64,000 nucleotides of DNA, from NCBI GenBank assembly GCA_040381035.1, contig JBEIHY010000006.1:5373-69372 (forward strand), given 5' to 3'. Within the stretch, counting starts at the first letter, position 1. Each line of letters begins with the position of its first letter. The notes under the pieces were generated by a model. That model made no database searches. It saw nothing but the letters and a program-made list of their open reading frames with translations, and had not been told where the DNA came from. This document shows, one piece after another, positions 35,218-44,755 of the stretch. The DNA comes from Hyphomonadaceae bacterium (GTDB lineage: Bacteria; Pseudomonadota; Alphaproteobacteria; Caulobacterales; Aquidulcibacteraceae). The position numbers and the translations under genes were made by a program.

Positions 35218-37734
35218 TCAAGCGGCGTTGAGCAATTGCGGCTTGTCGGGGCCGGCTGTCGGGCGCGGTTGGCGCGGCAGAGTGATCGTCACAACGGTGC
35301 CTTTGCCGAGTTCGCTGTCCATCTTGAACACCCCGCCATGCAGCTGAACAAAGGTTCGCGTGAGCGCCAGGCCAAGCCCGGTGCCGCCGGTGGTGCGGGT
35401 ATACTCGTTGTCGACCTGCTCAAACGGGCGGCCCAGTCGCGCGAGCGCCTCGGGGGGAATACCGCGACCCGTGTCGATCACTTGCATGACGATGCCGTCC
35501 TCAGTCGGGCGCGCGCGCACGCGCACCGCGCCAACTTCGGTAAACTTGAGCGCGTTGGATAGGAGGTTCAGCAGGATCTGCTTTACGGCGCGGTGATCGG
35601 CGATGATTTCGGGCAGATCAACGGCGTCAATCTCCAGTGCGAGCTTCTTGTCTTCCGCGCGCCGACGCATAAGGCGCACCGCTTGATCGATGGCCACCAT
35701 CGGATCGAGCGGTTTGGGGGTGAGATTGAATTTGCCGGCTTCGACCTTGGCCATATCGAGGATGTCGTTGATCAGATCGAGCAGCAGATCGCCGCTGGCT
35801 TTGATGTCACGGGCATATTCGGCATATTTGGGGTGGCCGATCGGGCCGAAGAACTGATTTGCGAGCACTTCGGAAAAACCATTGATGGCGTTGAGCGGTG
35901 TGCGCAGTTCATGGCTCATATTGGCCAGAAAGGCGGTCTTTGCGCGGCTCGCTTCTTCGGCGCGCAGCTTTTCGGCTTCGTATTTCTTCTTCAGTTCCTT
36001 CTCGCGGCCTTCGGAGCGTTCGATCTCTTCATACGCACGTCGAACGCGGCTTTCCTTGGCGGCGAGTTCTTCGGCCTGGCGCTTCAGGCGCGTGATGTCG
36101 AGGCCCAGCAAAATGACGCCGCCTTCGGCGGTCGGGCGCTCAACAAGGTGCAACCACTGGCCATTTCTGAGTTCCAGTTCACGCGCCTGCGGGTCTTCGC
36201 GTTCGTGATCTTCACGGCTGATCTCACGGCTGGCGGCCTCCATCAGCGCACCATAAGGCGCCCCGCGGCGCAGGACATCGCGCCCCAAATGGAAGGTTTT
36301 GGAGAAAGCGGCATTGCACGTGATCAGGCGGCGGCGGGCGTCAAACAGCGCAAACGGGCCGGTGAAACCCTCAATCGCTTCCTGCAGGCGCCGTTGCATC
36401 GCGACGGACTTCATTTCCGCCTCGCGCCGCGGCGTGGCGTCCAGCGCGGTGCCGACCATGACTTTCCCGGCGCCGCTCTGTTCATCCTCGACCATTACGC
36501 CGCGCAATTCCACCCAGTGCAAAGCGTCGTCGCGCTGGACGCGGAAGCTAACCTCCAAAGCCCCGGTCTGGCCGGCTTGGATGAGGGCAGTGTGAAAGGC
36601 GGCGCGGTCTTCATCTGCGGCAAGGCCGACGAAGTCTCGAATGCTCAACACAGGGGCGCTCGCACCAAGCATGGCTTGTAAGCGTTTGGACAGCTCCACG
36701 GAGTTTTCGGCCCGCCGCAATGTCCAAACGCCAGCCCGGGCGCCGTCCACGGCGAGGCGGAAATGCCGCTGCGCGCGCTCCAAACTGTCTTCAGCGAGCT
36801 CAGCGCGCCGCGCATGCGTGCGGGTGCGCAAGCTTATTGCCAGAAGCGCGGCCAGCGCCGGGGCGCCCAAGGTGGTCGCATAACTCAGCGCGAGGAGGGC
36901 GAGCTCGATCCAGGAATGGCCGGCCGGCTGAACCGCATAAGCGCGAAAGCCGCCCGTGATATTTGCAAATCCAATGGCCAGTTTGGCGCCGTCGCGGCTG
37001 TATCCCAAAGCATGGCGGCCATCGCCTGCCGGCGGTGCAGCGCCAAGCCCGTAGCGCGCCTGAGCGGTGTCGGCCGACTTTTCTTCACCCAGCACGACGC
37101 CTTCAGCATCAGTGATCAGGATCGATTCGCCGGCCGCCTGCCGAATGGCATCGCTATCCAAAGCACTGACCAGAACTTGTCCGCCGGGCAGTTTGCGCGT
37201 CAGAACAGGCGCGCCCGGTTTGTTGGGGGCGGCAAACACCAGACCAGACCAGGCAAGATCGGCGCGGCCATGGCCGAAGCTGTTGCGCATCAGGGCCTCC
37301 GGCGCTGCGCCACGCTGTGCGATCAAAGCGCCGTCGCGGTCGAAGGCGGCGACTGCGATCACGGCGCCAGCGCGACCGGCCGCAGCCAGTGCACCGCCGG
37401 ATTCGCCGTTCAATCCAATGCGGGCTGCGGCTTCAGACGCCGCCGCCAACGCGCCCCAGGCTTCAAGGATTGGTGCATTGGCGCGCTCAGCCCCAAGGGC
37501 AGCAGCTAAGGCCGCGCGCTCCAGACTGACGCCGAGTTGCTGACGGCGTTCGCTTTCCACGCGCCAGGCCAGACCGGCGAAGAACAGCACCAAAAGGGCG
37601 GCGACCAGACCATAAGTGAGCCCCGGCGTCGCAGGGCGATCAACGGCCACGGCCACAGCCTCGGCTGAACTCGGCGCGGCGGCGCCCGCCGGTTCAACCC
37701 GGTAGATATGCGGTTTTTCCCGCCTTTCAGTCAC
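35218..37734 (-). CDS. PleC/DivJ-like membrane sensor histidine kinase with PAS domains
   Basis: 838 aa with a GTG start. It has two TM segments flanking a periplasmic region, PAS regions, a coiled coil, an H-box FLANMSHELRTPLNAINGFSEV, an N-box LLNLLSNALKFT, and G-boxes DTGRGIP and GGTGLGLAL with PFEQV. Confidence 0.9.
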   Translation of the reverse strand: MTERREKPHIYRVEPAGAAAPSSAEAVAVAVDRPATPGLTYGLVAALLVLFFAGLAWRVESERRQQLGVSLERAALAAALGAERANAPILEAWGALAAASEAAARIGLNGESGGALAAAGRAGAVIAVAAFDRDGALIAQRGAAPEALMRNSFGHGRADLAWSGLVFAAPNKPGAPVLTRKLPGGQVLVSALDSDAIRQAAGESILITDAEGVVLGEEKSADTAQARYGLGAAPPAGDGRHALGYSRDGAKLAIGFANITGGFRAYAVQPAGHSWIELALLALSYATTLGAPALAALLAISLRTRTHARRAELAEDSLERAQRHFRLAVDGARAGVWTLRRAENSVELSKRLQAMLGASAPVLSIRDFVGLAADEDRAAFHTALIQAGQTGALEVSFRVQRDDALHWVELRGVMVEDEQSGAGKVMVGTALDATPRREAEMKSVAMQRRLQEAIEGFTGPFALFDARRRLITCNAAFSKTFHLGRDVLRRGAPYGALMEAASREISREDHEREDPQARELELRNGQWLHLVERPTAEGGVILLGLDITRLKRQAEELAAKESRVRRAYEEIERSEGREKELKKKYEAEKLRAEEASRAKTAFLANMSHELRTPLNAINGFSEVLANQFFGPIGHPKYAEYARDIKASGDLLLDLINDILDMAKVEAGKFNLTPKPLDPMVAIDQAVRLMRRRAEDKKLALEIDAVDLPEIIADHRAVKQILLNLLSNALKFTEVGAVRVRARPTEDGIVMQVIDTGRGIPPEALARLGRPFEQVDNEYTRTTGGTGLGLALTRTFVQLHGGVFKMDSELGKGTVVTITLPRQPRPTAGPDKPQLLNAA

Positions 37735-37828
37735 AGCTGTCAGCCCTTCCGCTGTTTCGATCCGGTGCGCCGTCAGCGGCGTCTGTTCGGGTGCGAATCA
37801 AGCAAGAGCCAAACTATTAGCCGGTTGG

Positions 37829-38398
37829 TTAAGCCGTCGTCGAGGCTTGGGTGTGCATTGTCCCCAGCAAGTTCAGCGCGAAGATCCAGGGTCTGGCGAC
37901 TTGCGCCGTTCTGCGCCGTTCTGCGCCGCTATGCGTGGACCCCCGGTGGCGGCGGCGGTCGGGGCCGAAATAGCTGCCGGTCTTGACAAACTTGCGCGGT
38001 GAATTGGCCACAGCCACGATCTTGCGATAGAGATCGAGTGCGGTGACCGGCTTGCAGCAGAACTCTGTGACACCGGCGTCGCGGGCGGCCATAACCCGGG
38101 ACCGTTCCGAGTGCGCGGTCAGCATGATGATCGGCACATAATGGTTGGGGCTGTCCTTGGCGGTGCGCACCAGCTTGATGAAATCCAAACCGTCGAGCAG
38201 GTTCATCTGATAGTCGACGATGATCAGATCGACGCCGTCGTGCTTGACGCTGTTGAAGGCTTCGGCGGCGTCGTGCGCTTCATAGAAGTCTTTCGCGCCG
38301 AAGCCGCGCATAATCACGCGGACGATGTTAATCATGTGCTGATTGTCGTCCACAATCAGTGTTCGCAGCCGCTCAAAGGACCGGTTGTCCATGTTCAA
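37829..38398 (-). CDS. single-domain CheY-like response regulator with Arg-rich C-terminal extension
   Basis: Receiver domain (LIVDDNQHMINIV, DLIIVDYQMNLLDG, IIMLTAHS, EFCCKPV), then the tail FVKTGSYFGPDRRRHRGSTHSGAERRR... It has a 4-nt overlap with the upstream EAL gene. Confidence 0.88.
   Translation of the reverse strand: MNMDNRSFERLRTLIVDDNQHMINIVRVIMRGFGAKDFYEAHDAAEAFNSVKHDGVDLIIVDYQMNLLDGLDFIKLVRTAKDSPNHYVPIIMLTAHSERSRVMAARDAGVTEFCCKPVTALDLYRKIVAVANSPRKFVKTGSYFGPDRRRHRGSTHSGAERRRTAQVARPWIFALNLLGTMHTQASTTA
37902..37930. repeat. 10-bp tandem repeat (tgcgccgttc x2 + tgcgccgct) in the 3' end of the response-regulator gene
   Basis: Read directly from the sequence: 37902-37911 and 37912-37921 are identical, and 37922-37930 is a near copy. 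Confidence 0.85.
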
Positions 38399-39138
38399 GC
38401 TGTGATCGCAAGGGCGGGTTTGTCGGACCAGCGTTGGGGGCGGCCGAACAAATAGCCTTGTCCAAATGCAGCGCCGGCTTGGGCTGCGGTGCGGGCTTGG
38501 GTTTCGGTTTCGATCATTTCAACGATCACCGCCAGACCAAGCTCGCCGACCATGCGCACCAGCGGGCCAAGCAGCCAATCGCCGGCATGGGCGCGCAATT
38601 TCACTGCGTCGGCGGGCAGGGTGCGCAGATACTCCAGTGCGCCGAAACCTTCGCCGAAATCGTCCAGCCACACTTGGCAGCCCAAGCCGCGCAGCCGGTG
38701 GAGGGTATCTGCCGCAATGGGGAGATGGTCGAGCTTGGCGGTCTCGGTCAGCTCAATGATCAAGCCATGCCCGCCGCCATGTGTGCACGCGATCGCCTGG
38801 CCCAGCCGGGCCCCGAAACTGGCGCACGCCAATGACCGCGCGGAGACATTTACGGAGTAGAAATATTCGCCGCGATCGCGCGCCGCCAGAGCCGCGCGCG
38901 CCGCCGCCAGATCAATTTTTTCGACCAGATTGGCTGCTTCCGCCGCCTCAACCAGCGTGGCGACCGGATAAGGCAAATCAAACCGCGCCAATAACTCAAA
39001 GCCGGCGACCGCAACGCCCGGCATGGCGACAATCGGTTGTCGATCGAAGCGGAACGAACCGGTGGCCAGGGCGGCGCGCAGAGCCTCAACGGGACTGGCG
39101 GCCTGATGTGGCGAGGCGTGGGCAGGGGCGTTTGTCAT
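38395..39138 (-). CDS. stand-alone EAL-domain protein (putative c-di-GMP phosphodiesterase)
   Basis: 247 aa with the EAL-family motifs ELLAR (an ELL variant of EAL), SVNVS, LIIELTE, QVWLDDFGEG, DAVKL, VIVEMIETE and GQGYLFGRP. Confidence 0.88.
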   Translation of the reverse strand: MTNAPAHASPHQAASPVEALRAALATGSFRFDRQPIVAMPGVAVAGFELLARFDLPYPVATLVEAAEAANLVEKIDLAAARAALAARDRGEYFYSVNVSARSLACASFGARLGQAIACTHGGGHGLIIELTETAKLDHLPIAADTLHRLRGLGCQVWLDDFGEGFGALEYLRTLPADAVKLRAHAGDWLLGPLVRMVGELGLAVIVEMIETETQARTAAQAGAAFGQGYLFGRPQRWSDKPALAITA

Positions 39139-39221
39139 TGAGTGCCGCGACTTGAATCTGGATAACAGTGTCGTAGCAGCATTGGGTTAGCTGGTGCTTA
39201 AACGGTTTGCTTTCGGATCGG

Positions 39222-41834
39222 TTAAGACAGCGTCCGTTCGATGATTTCACGCGCGTTCTTGGAGCGCTGTTGGTCTGCCAGCAGGCCGGTCAGAATGCGC
39301 TGCATATGCCCGCGCCGGCCCTCATCAAACTGCCGCCAGGATTCAAAAACGCCCAACATGCGCGCCGCCAATGCCGGATTGATCTTGTCACTTTCATCGG
39401 CGACGCGGGCAAAAAACGCATACCCAGCGCCGTCTGCGGCGTGAAAGGCGGCCAGGTTGCGTTGCGCGAAGGCCATCGCCAAGGCGCGCACGCGATTGGG
39501 ATTGCGCGGTTCATAATCGGGGTGACGGCGCAGGGCTTCCACCCTGGCCAGCGCGTCCGGCCGCGGCGCTGCTGCTTGCAGGCTGAACCATTTGTCCAGC
39601 ACCAATGGATTTGATCGCCAGCGCTGGTGGAAAATCTCCAACGCCGCATCGAATTGCGGCGCTCCATTGGCGCCCATCGCTTCAAGGGCCGGCAATTGCT
39701 CCGCCATGCTGTGCGCCTCGGCAAAGGCGCCAACCAGGATATGGCTGGTTTCACCGCCGAGACCGGCCAGAAGATCAAGGGCTGCGGCCTTCAAGGCGCG
39801 CGCGCCGGCCGATTGGGCGTCCGGAGAAAAGCGTTCGGGGCTCGGCGCGCGGGCAATCTCGGTGAGCCTTTGGCGCAAGGCGCGGGCAATTGCTGCGCGG
39901 ACCTTTTCGCGCGCCTTGTACAATTGTTCCGGGTCCGGACGATCGCTTATTTGTATCAGTTCGGCGAGGTCAGGCAGGCGCAGACACAGAGCGCCAAAAG
40001 CAGGATCGCCTGCCGCACGGTCCAGCGTGCGGGCATAGGCGGCGGCAAGTGCATCGGCCTTGGGCGCGGCGTCGTTCTGCGCCGCAAGAATGGTTGTGCG
40101 GGCAACCGCTTGGGTGGCCTCCCAGCGCGTGAAGGCATCGGGGTCATGTGCGGCCTGGGCTAAGCGTTCGGCTTCACTGAGGCCGTCGTCAAGGATCACT
40201 GGCGCAGTGAAGCCGCGCAGCAATGCCGGGATTGGGGTCTGTGCGACGTCTTCAAAGCGCCAGGTCTTTTCGCTGACATCCAGCACAAGATCGTGATCCT
40301 CGCGCGCGACCTCGCCGCCGGCGAGGCGGCCCGCCAGAATGGCGCCGGCGGCGCTTATAAAACCAACCTTGAGCGGAATCGGGACGGGCTTCTTCTCGCC
40401 TTGGCCGGGGGTTTGCGGCGTCATTTGCGTCACGGTCAATGCGAAGGTTTGGGTCGCCGCGTCATAGGCGCCGCGCGCTTTCAAATGCGGGGTTCCAGCC
40501 TGACTATACCAGGCCATGAAGCCGGCTAGATTGCGCCCGCTTGCCTCAGCAAAACAAGCGATGAAATCCTCCACCGTTGCGGCCATGCCGTCGCAGCGTT
40601 TGAAATAGATCGCCAAGCCGCGTGCGAACGCCTCCGGCCCAATCAGGGCTTTCAGGATGCGGATCACTTCGGCGCCCTTCTCGTAGACTGTGGCAGTGTA
40701 GAAATTGTCGATCTTGATAAAGCTTGTCGGGCGTACCGGATGGGCAAGTGGGCCGGCGTCTTCTGGGAATTGCCGCGCGCGCAGACGCTTGACGTCTTTG
40801 ATCCGTTGCACGGGTCGCGAGCGTTGATCAGCGCTGAATTCCTGGTCGCGGAAGACGGTCAGGCCCTCCTTCAAGGACAGTTGAAACCAGTCGCGACAGG
40901 TGATGCGATTGCCTGTCCAATTGTGGAAGTACTCATGGCCCACAATGCTTTCGATCGCTTCATAGTCGGCGTCGGTGGCGGTGTCGGGATCGGCGAGCAC
41001 ATAGGCCGCGTTGAAGATATTGAGGCCCTTGTTCTCCATCGCGCCGAAATTGAAATCGCGCACGGCGACGATATTGAAAATGTCGAGATCGTATTCGCGA
41101 TCGAAAGCCTGCTCGTCCCACGCCATCGCGCGCTTCAGCGCGTCCATCGCGAAGCGCGCGCGGTCGCTGTCGCCGGGATCGACATAAATGCCCAATTGCA
41201 CTGCGCGGCCAGAGCGCGTGCGAAAGCTGTCATGCAGCGCGCTGAATCGACCCGCGACCAGCGCAAAGAGATAGGACGGCTTAGGATGGGGATCGCGCCA
41301 CAGGGCGAAATGACGGCCATGATCGAGCGGCCCGCTTTCGATCAAATCGCCATTGGACAAAAGGGTCGGATACTGCGCGGCGTCGGCTTCGATCCGCACA
41401 TCGTAGATGGCAAGATTGTCCGGCCGGTCGATAAAATAGGTGATCTTGCGAAAACCTTCGGCTTCGCACTGGGTGCAGAACCGTCCGCCCGAAACGTAAA
41501 GCCCTTCCAGCGCGGTATTTCCCGCCGGATCGATCTCGACTTCGGTGGTCAGCGTAAAGGCGTCGGGCGTATCGGGCACGATCAGCCGTTCCGGCTCAAC
41601 CGTGTAAGCGCCTGGCGCAAGGTCGGCCCCGTCAATGGCGGCGCGCAACAGTTTGAGGCGTGCGCCGTCCAGCACCAAGGGGCGCGAATGATCGCCGCGG
41701 CGACGGATCTGGGCGCTGGCGCACACCCTTGTGGCGTGCGGCTCAAGTTCAAAAGTCAGGCTGAGGGCGTGAATGTGGAAATCCGCCGGCGCATAGTCGG
41801 CAAGGCGAATAGCGGCCGCATTTTCATCACGCAT
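39222..41834 (-). CDS. pepN: aminopeptidase N (M1 family)
   Basis: 870 aa with GAMENKGLNIF, the zinc motif HEYFHNWTGNRITCRDWFQLSLKEGLTVF (HExxH-18-E), and a C-terminal ERAP1-like domain. Confidence 0.95.
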   Translation of the reverse strand: MRDENAAAIRLADYAPADFHIHALSLTFELEPHATRVCASAQIRRRGDHSRPLVLDGARLKLLRAAIDGADLAPGAYTVEPERLIVPDTPDAFTLTTEVEIDPAGNTALEGLYVSGGRFCTQCEAEGFRKITYFIDRPDNLAIYDVRIEADAAQYPTLLSNGDLIESGPLDHGRHFALWRDPHPKPSYLFALVAGRFSALHDSFRTRSGRAVQLGIYVDPGDSDRARFAMDALKRAMAWDEQAFDREYDLDIFNIVAVRDFNFGAMENKGLNIFNAAYVLADPDTATDADYEAIESIVGHEYFHNWTGNRITCRDWFQLSLKEGLTVFRDQEFSADQRSRPVQRIKDVKRLRARQFPEDAGPLAHPVRPTSFIKIDNFYTATVYEKGAEVIRILKALIGPEAFARGLAIYFKRCDGMAATVEDFIACFAEASGRNLAGFMAWYSQAGTPHLKARGAYDAATQTFALTVTQMTPQTPGQGEKKPVPIPLKVGFISAAGAILAGRLAGGEVAREDHDLVLDVSEKTWRFEDVAQTPIPALLRGFTAPVILDDGLSEAERLAQAAHDPDAFTRWEATQAVARTTILAAQNDAAPKADALAAAYARTLDRAAGDPAFGALCLRLPDLAELIQISDRPDPEQLYKAREKVRAAIARALRQRLTEIARAPSPERFSPDAQSAGARALKAAALDLLAGLGGETSHILVGAFAEAHSMAEQLPALEAMGANGAPQFDAALEIFHQRWRSNPLVLDKWFSLQAAAPRPDALARVEALRRHPDYEPRNPNRVRALAMAFAQRNLAAFHAADGAGYAFFARVADESDKINPALAARMLGVFESWRQFDEGRRGHMQRILTGLLADQQRSKNAREIIERTLS

Positions 41835-41907
41835 CAGAAAGCCCCAGGCTCAAGAGCACCATGATGTGTCATGAGCGCGGCGAACCTGAAAATCAACAAG
41901 CGCGACC

Positions 41908-42483
41908 TTAGCGCAGGCGGCTGGAGGTCACCAGGCCGTCATCGGACGCTTGTGGGGCTGTGACATTGTAGACGACCCGCAACGCAGCGCGCGCATCTTC
42001 CAGGGCAATGGCCAGCTCAAAGGGGAAACGGTCTGGATCGGCGTCGGCCTGGGCGGTCAGTGCTTTGGCGGCCGCCAGCAAGAGCGGCGTTGCGGCAATC
42101 ATGCGCGCCTGGTGTTCGACGCGGTTTGGATCGCGGTCATATTCGCTGGCTTCCACGCGCCAACCGCCCCAATTGCTGTCTTCGGTGACGATCGCTGGCA
42201 CCGTGCCGGGAAACTCGGCATGCGCATTCGTTTGAACAGCGGCGTGGACGCGGCGCACCCGCCACTCCGTCGTTGCAAAGCCGCCTGCGCTCTGTTGGCG
42301 ATCGGCATGAACCGGGGCCAATTCGCCGGGGGCGAAATCACGCCCAAGGCCCACATCGTAGAATATTTTCAGCGGCGCTTCCACGCCCTTGATCCACTGC
42401 GGTAAGATCCGCTCGATCGTCGCCCAGCAGCCGAGCGGGCGCACATAGACGCGCTGGCCTTTTTCAAATGTCACCCGCGCCAT
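41908..42483 (-). CDS. hypothetical cytoplasmic protein
   Basis: The ATG at 42483 has GGAGG 7 nt upstream. It is 191 aa with MARVTFEKGQRVYVRPLGCWATIERI at the N-terminus (small beta-barrel-like). No family was recognised. Confidence 0.55.
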   Translation of the reverse strand: MARVTFEKGQRVYVRPLGCWATIERILPQWIKGVEAPLKIFYDVGLGRDFAPGELAPVHADRQQSAGGFATTEWRVRRVHAAVQTNAHAEFPGTVPAIVTEDSNWGGWRVEASEYDRDPNRVEHQARMIAATPLLLAAAKALTAQADADPDRFPFELAIALEDARAALRVVYNVTAPQASDDGLVTSSRLR

Positions 42484-42611
42484 GGTCGCCTCCGCGAAAT
42501 CGGTCCGAAAAATAGCCGCAGCAAGGTTACGGTCGCGTGAAGGCATATGGTTGCCGCTGGGTTAGGGATTTCGCGCCGGCCCGCGCCGCTCTATCCTGAA
42601 GCACGACAGGG

Positions 42612-43739
42612 ATGGAGCCAGCCATGAATTTCGACTTCAGCGACGATCAAAAGGCCCTGAAGGATCAGGCGCGGCGGTTTCTGGCCGATAAATCGACCAC
42701 CAAGGCCGTGCGCGCCGTGCTCGATCACGCCGATGTGTCTTACGACAAGGCATTGTGGGCGGGCGTGGCGGAGCTTGGCTGGCTGGGCGCGGCAATCCCG
42801 GAAGAGTTCGGCGGGCTTGGGCTTGGCAAGCTGGAATTGTGTGTGCTGAGCGAAGAAATGGGCCGCGCCTTGGCGCCGATCCCCTGGACCTCAACGGTCG
42901 GGTTTTTCACCGAGGCCGTGTTGCTGGCCGGATCGGATGCACAGAAGGCCGCAGTGCTGCCCAAGATTGCCGACGGCTCCGCAATCGGCTGCTTTGGCGT
43001 GAGCGAAGGCCCCGGCGCGCCGCGCGCTGACGCCATCGCCGCTGCGTTTGACGGTGCAACACTGAGCGGCGTTAAGATTCCGGTCACCGACGGCGACTGC
43101 GCCACCCATGCCGTGGTGCTTGCCAAAGAGGGTTCCGGATGCTCGCTCGTGCTGGTTGATTTGTCCGGACCCGGAGTAACCCGTGCAACGCTGAAGACAA
43201 TCGATCCCTCGCGCGGCCACGCCAAACTCACCTTCGCCGGCGCAAAGGCCGAGCGTCTCGGTGCGGCTGGAGAGGGCTGGGCGCTGACAGAAGCCGTGCT
43301 CGACCGCGCCGCCGTATTGATTGCGTTTGAACAAATCGGGGCCGCTGACGCTTGCCTGGAGATGGCGACCGACTACGCCAAATCGCGCATAGCGTTTTCA
43401 CGCCCGATCGGCTCGTTCCAGGCGATCAAGCACAAATTGGCCGACATCTATGTCGCCAACCAGGTCGGCCGCGCCAATGCCTATTACGCCGCCTGGGCGT
43501 TCTCTTCGGATGCTGGCGAACTGGGCCTTGCTGCTGCGCAAGCGCGGATTGCGGCGACCCATGCGTTCACGCTGGCGGCGAAAGACAATATCCAAACCCA
43601 TGGCGGCATGGGCTTTACCTGGGACCTCGATTGCCATCTGTTTTTCCGCCGCGCCAAGTTGCTCGCGGTGCAAGCCGGCGCGCCGGGCGTGTGGAAGGAA
43701 AAGCTGGTTAGCCGCCTTGAGCGCAAAAACGCCGCATGA
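42612..43739 (+). CDS. acyl-CoA dehydrogenase family protein
   Basis: 375 aa with the typical ACAD fold signatures (PEEFGGLGLG, FGVSEGPGAP, IGSFQAIKHKLADIY, IQTHGGMGFTWD). An alternative start lies at 42624. Confidence 0.92.
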   Translation: MEPAMNFDFSDDQKALKDQARRFLADKSTTKAVRAVLDHADVSYDKALWAGVAELGWLGAAIPEEFGGLGLGKLELCVLSEEMGRALAPIPWTSTVGFFTEAVLLAGSDAQKAAVLPKIADGSAIGCFGVSEGPGAPRADAIAAAFDGATLSGVKIPVTDGDCATHAVVLAKEGSGCSLVLVDLSGPGVTRATLKTIDPSRGHAKLTFAGAKAERLGAAGEGWALTEAVLDRAAVLIAFEQIGAADACLEMATDYAKSRIAFSRPIGSFQAIKHKLADIYVANQVGRANAYYAAWAFSSDAGELGLAAAQARIAATHAFTLAAKDNIQTHGGMGFTWDLDCHLFFRRAKLLAVQAGAPGVWKEKLVSRLERKNAA

Positions 43740-44290
43740 TTTGGCCGGCGCTGGAGCCGTGGCGGATCGGCGGGCCTGTCACCGGGTTGGAGCGCGCCGC
43801 ATTCGTGCATCCGACCGCTTGCCTCCATGGCCTGATCGACATCGCTGAGGAGGTGTCGATCTGGTGCAATGTGGTGATGCGCGCGGAGTTCAAGCATATC
43901 GCCATCGGCCGGCGCACAAATGTGCAAGACTTCACGATGATCCATGTCGGCAACACGACCCCGACCATCATCGGCGCGAATTGCTCGATCACCCATCACG
44001 TCACGCTGCATGGCTGCACGATTGGCGATGATTGCCTGATTGGCATTGGAGCCACAATCATGGACGCTTGCGTGATCGGCGAAGGCTCCATCATTGCCGG
44101 CGGCGCCTTTCTTAAGGAAGGCACAATCATCCCGCCGCATTCTATTGTAATGGGCGTACCCGCTGAAGTGAAGCGCACGCGCGACATGAGCGTGGCCAAC
44201 CGCACCAATGCCGATCTTTATTTCGCCAACGCCCAGGGCTTTGCACGCGGCGATTTCCGGGTGTGGGCGAAGATGACGGGGGAAGCATAG
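43736..44290 (+). CDS. gamma-carbonic-anhydrase-like / PaaY-like hexapeptide-repeat protein
   Basis: 184 aa with left-handed beta-helix hexapeptide repeats (IGRRTNVQDFTMIH, IGANCSITHHVTLHGCTIGDDCLIGIGATIMDACVIGEGSII). It has an ATGA overlap with the ACAD stop. Confidence 0.88.
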   Translation: MIWPALEPWRIGGPVTGLERAAFVHPTACLHGLIDIAEEVSIWCNVVMRAEFKHIAIGRRTNVQDFTMIHVGNTTPTIIGANCSITHHVTLHGCTIGDDCLIGIGATIMDACVIGEGSIIAGGAFLKEGTIIPPHSIVMGVPAEVKRTRDMSVANRTNADLYFANAQGFARGDFRVWAKMTGEA

Positions 44291-44293
44291 TCC

Positions 44294-44755
44294 ATGACCA
44301 TCCCGACCGATCTCGGCGTGTCCGATTGGATCACGATCACCCAGGACGATGTGGCCGCCTTTGGCGTTATCACGCGTTCGTCTGAGCGGATCCATGACGA
44401 TCCCGACTGGGCCGCCGCCAATACCCCGTTTGGCGGGGCCATCGCGCACGGCTTTCAGCTTTTGTCCCTGCTCACTGGCTTTCTCGCCGATGTGCAAAAC
44501 TGGCGCAGTCAGGATGGGCAGGGCGCCAAGCCGGCCCGCTTCAGTGTGAATTATGGTTTCGACAAAGTGCGTTTCATCGCCCCCGTGCTGGTCGGGGCGC
44601 GCGTGCGTGGGCGGTTTGCGCTGTTGTCGCGCGAAACCGCCGGACCCGGACGAATCTTGTCGCGGATGATGTGCACGGTGGAGATCGAGGGCCACGACAA
44701 GCCGGCCGTTGTCGCTGAATGGCTGGGCTTGAGCATGGAGGGCGGCGATGGCTGA
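44294..44755 (+). CDS. MaoC-like (R)-specific enoyl-CoA hydratase / hotdog-fold dehydratase
   Basis: 153 aa with TQDDVAAFGVITRSSERIHDDPDWA...GAIAHGFQLLSL, typical of MaoC dehydratase domains. Confidence 0.85.
   Translation: MTIPTDLGVSDWITITQDDVAAFGVITRSSERIHDDPDWAAANTPFGGAIAHGFQLLSLLTGFLADVQNWRSQDGQGAKPARFSVNYGFDKVRFIAPVLVGARVRGRFALLSRETAGPGRILSRMMCTVEIEGHDKPAVVAEWLGLSMEGGDG

Noticed and set aside
39198-39225. Two TTAA half-sites upstream of the EAL operon as a CtrA box
   Set aside because: The spacing is 20 nt, not the TTAA-N7-TTAA of CtrA sites. The second TTAA is simply the pepN stop codon region.
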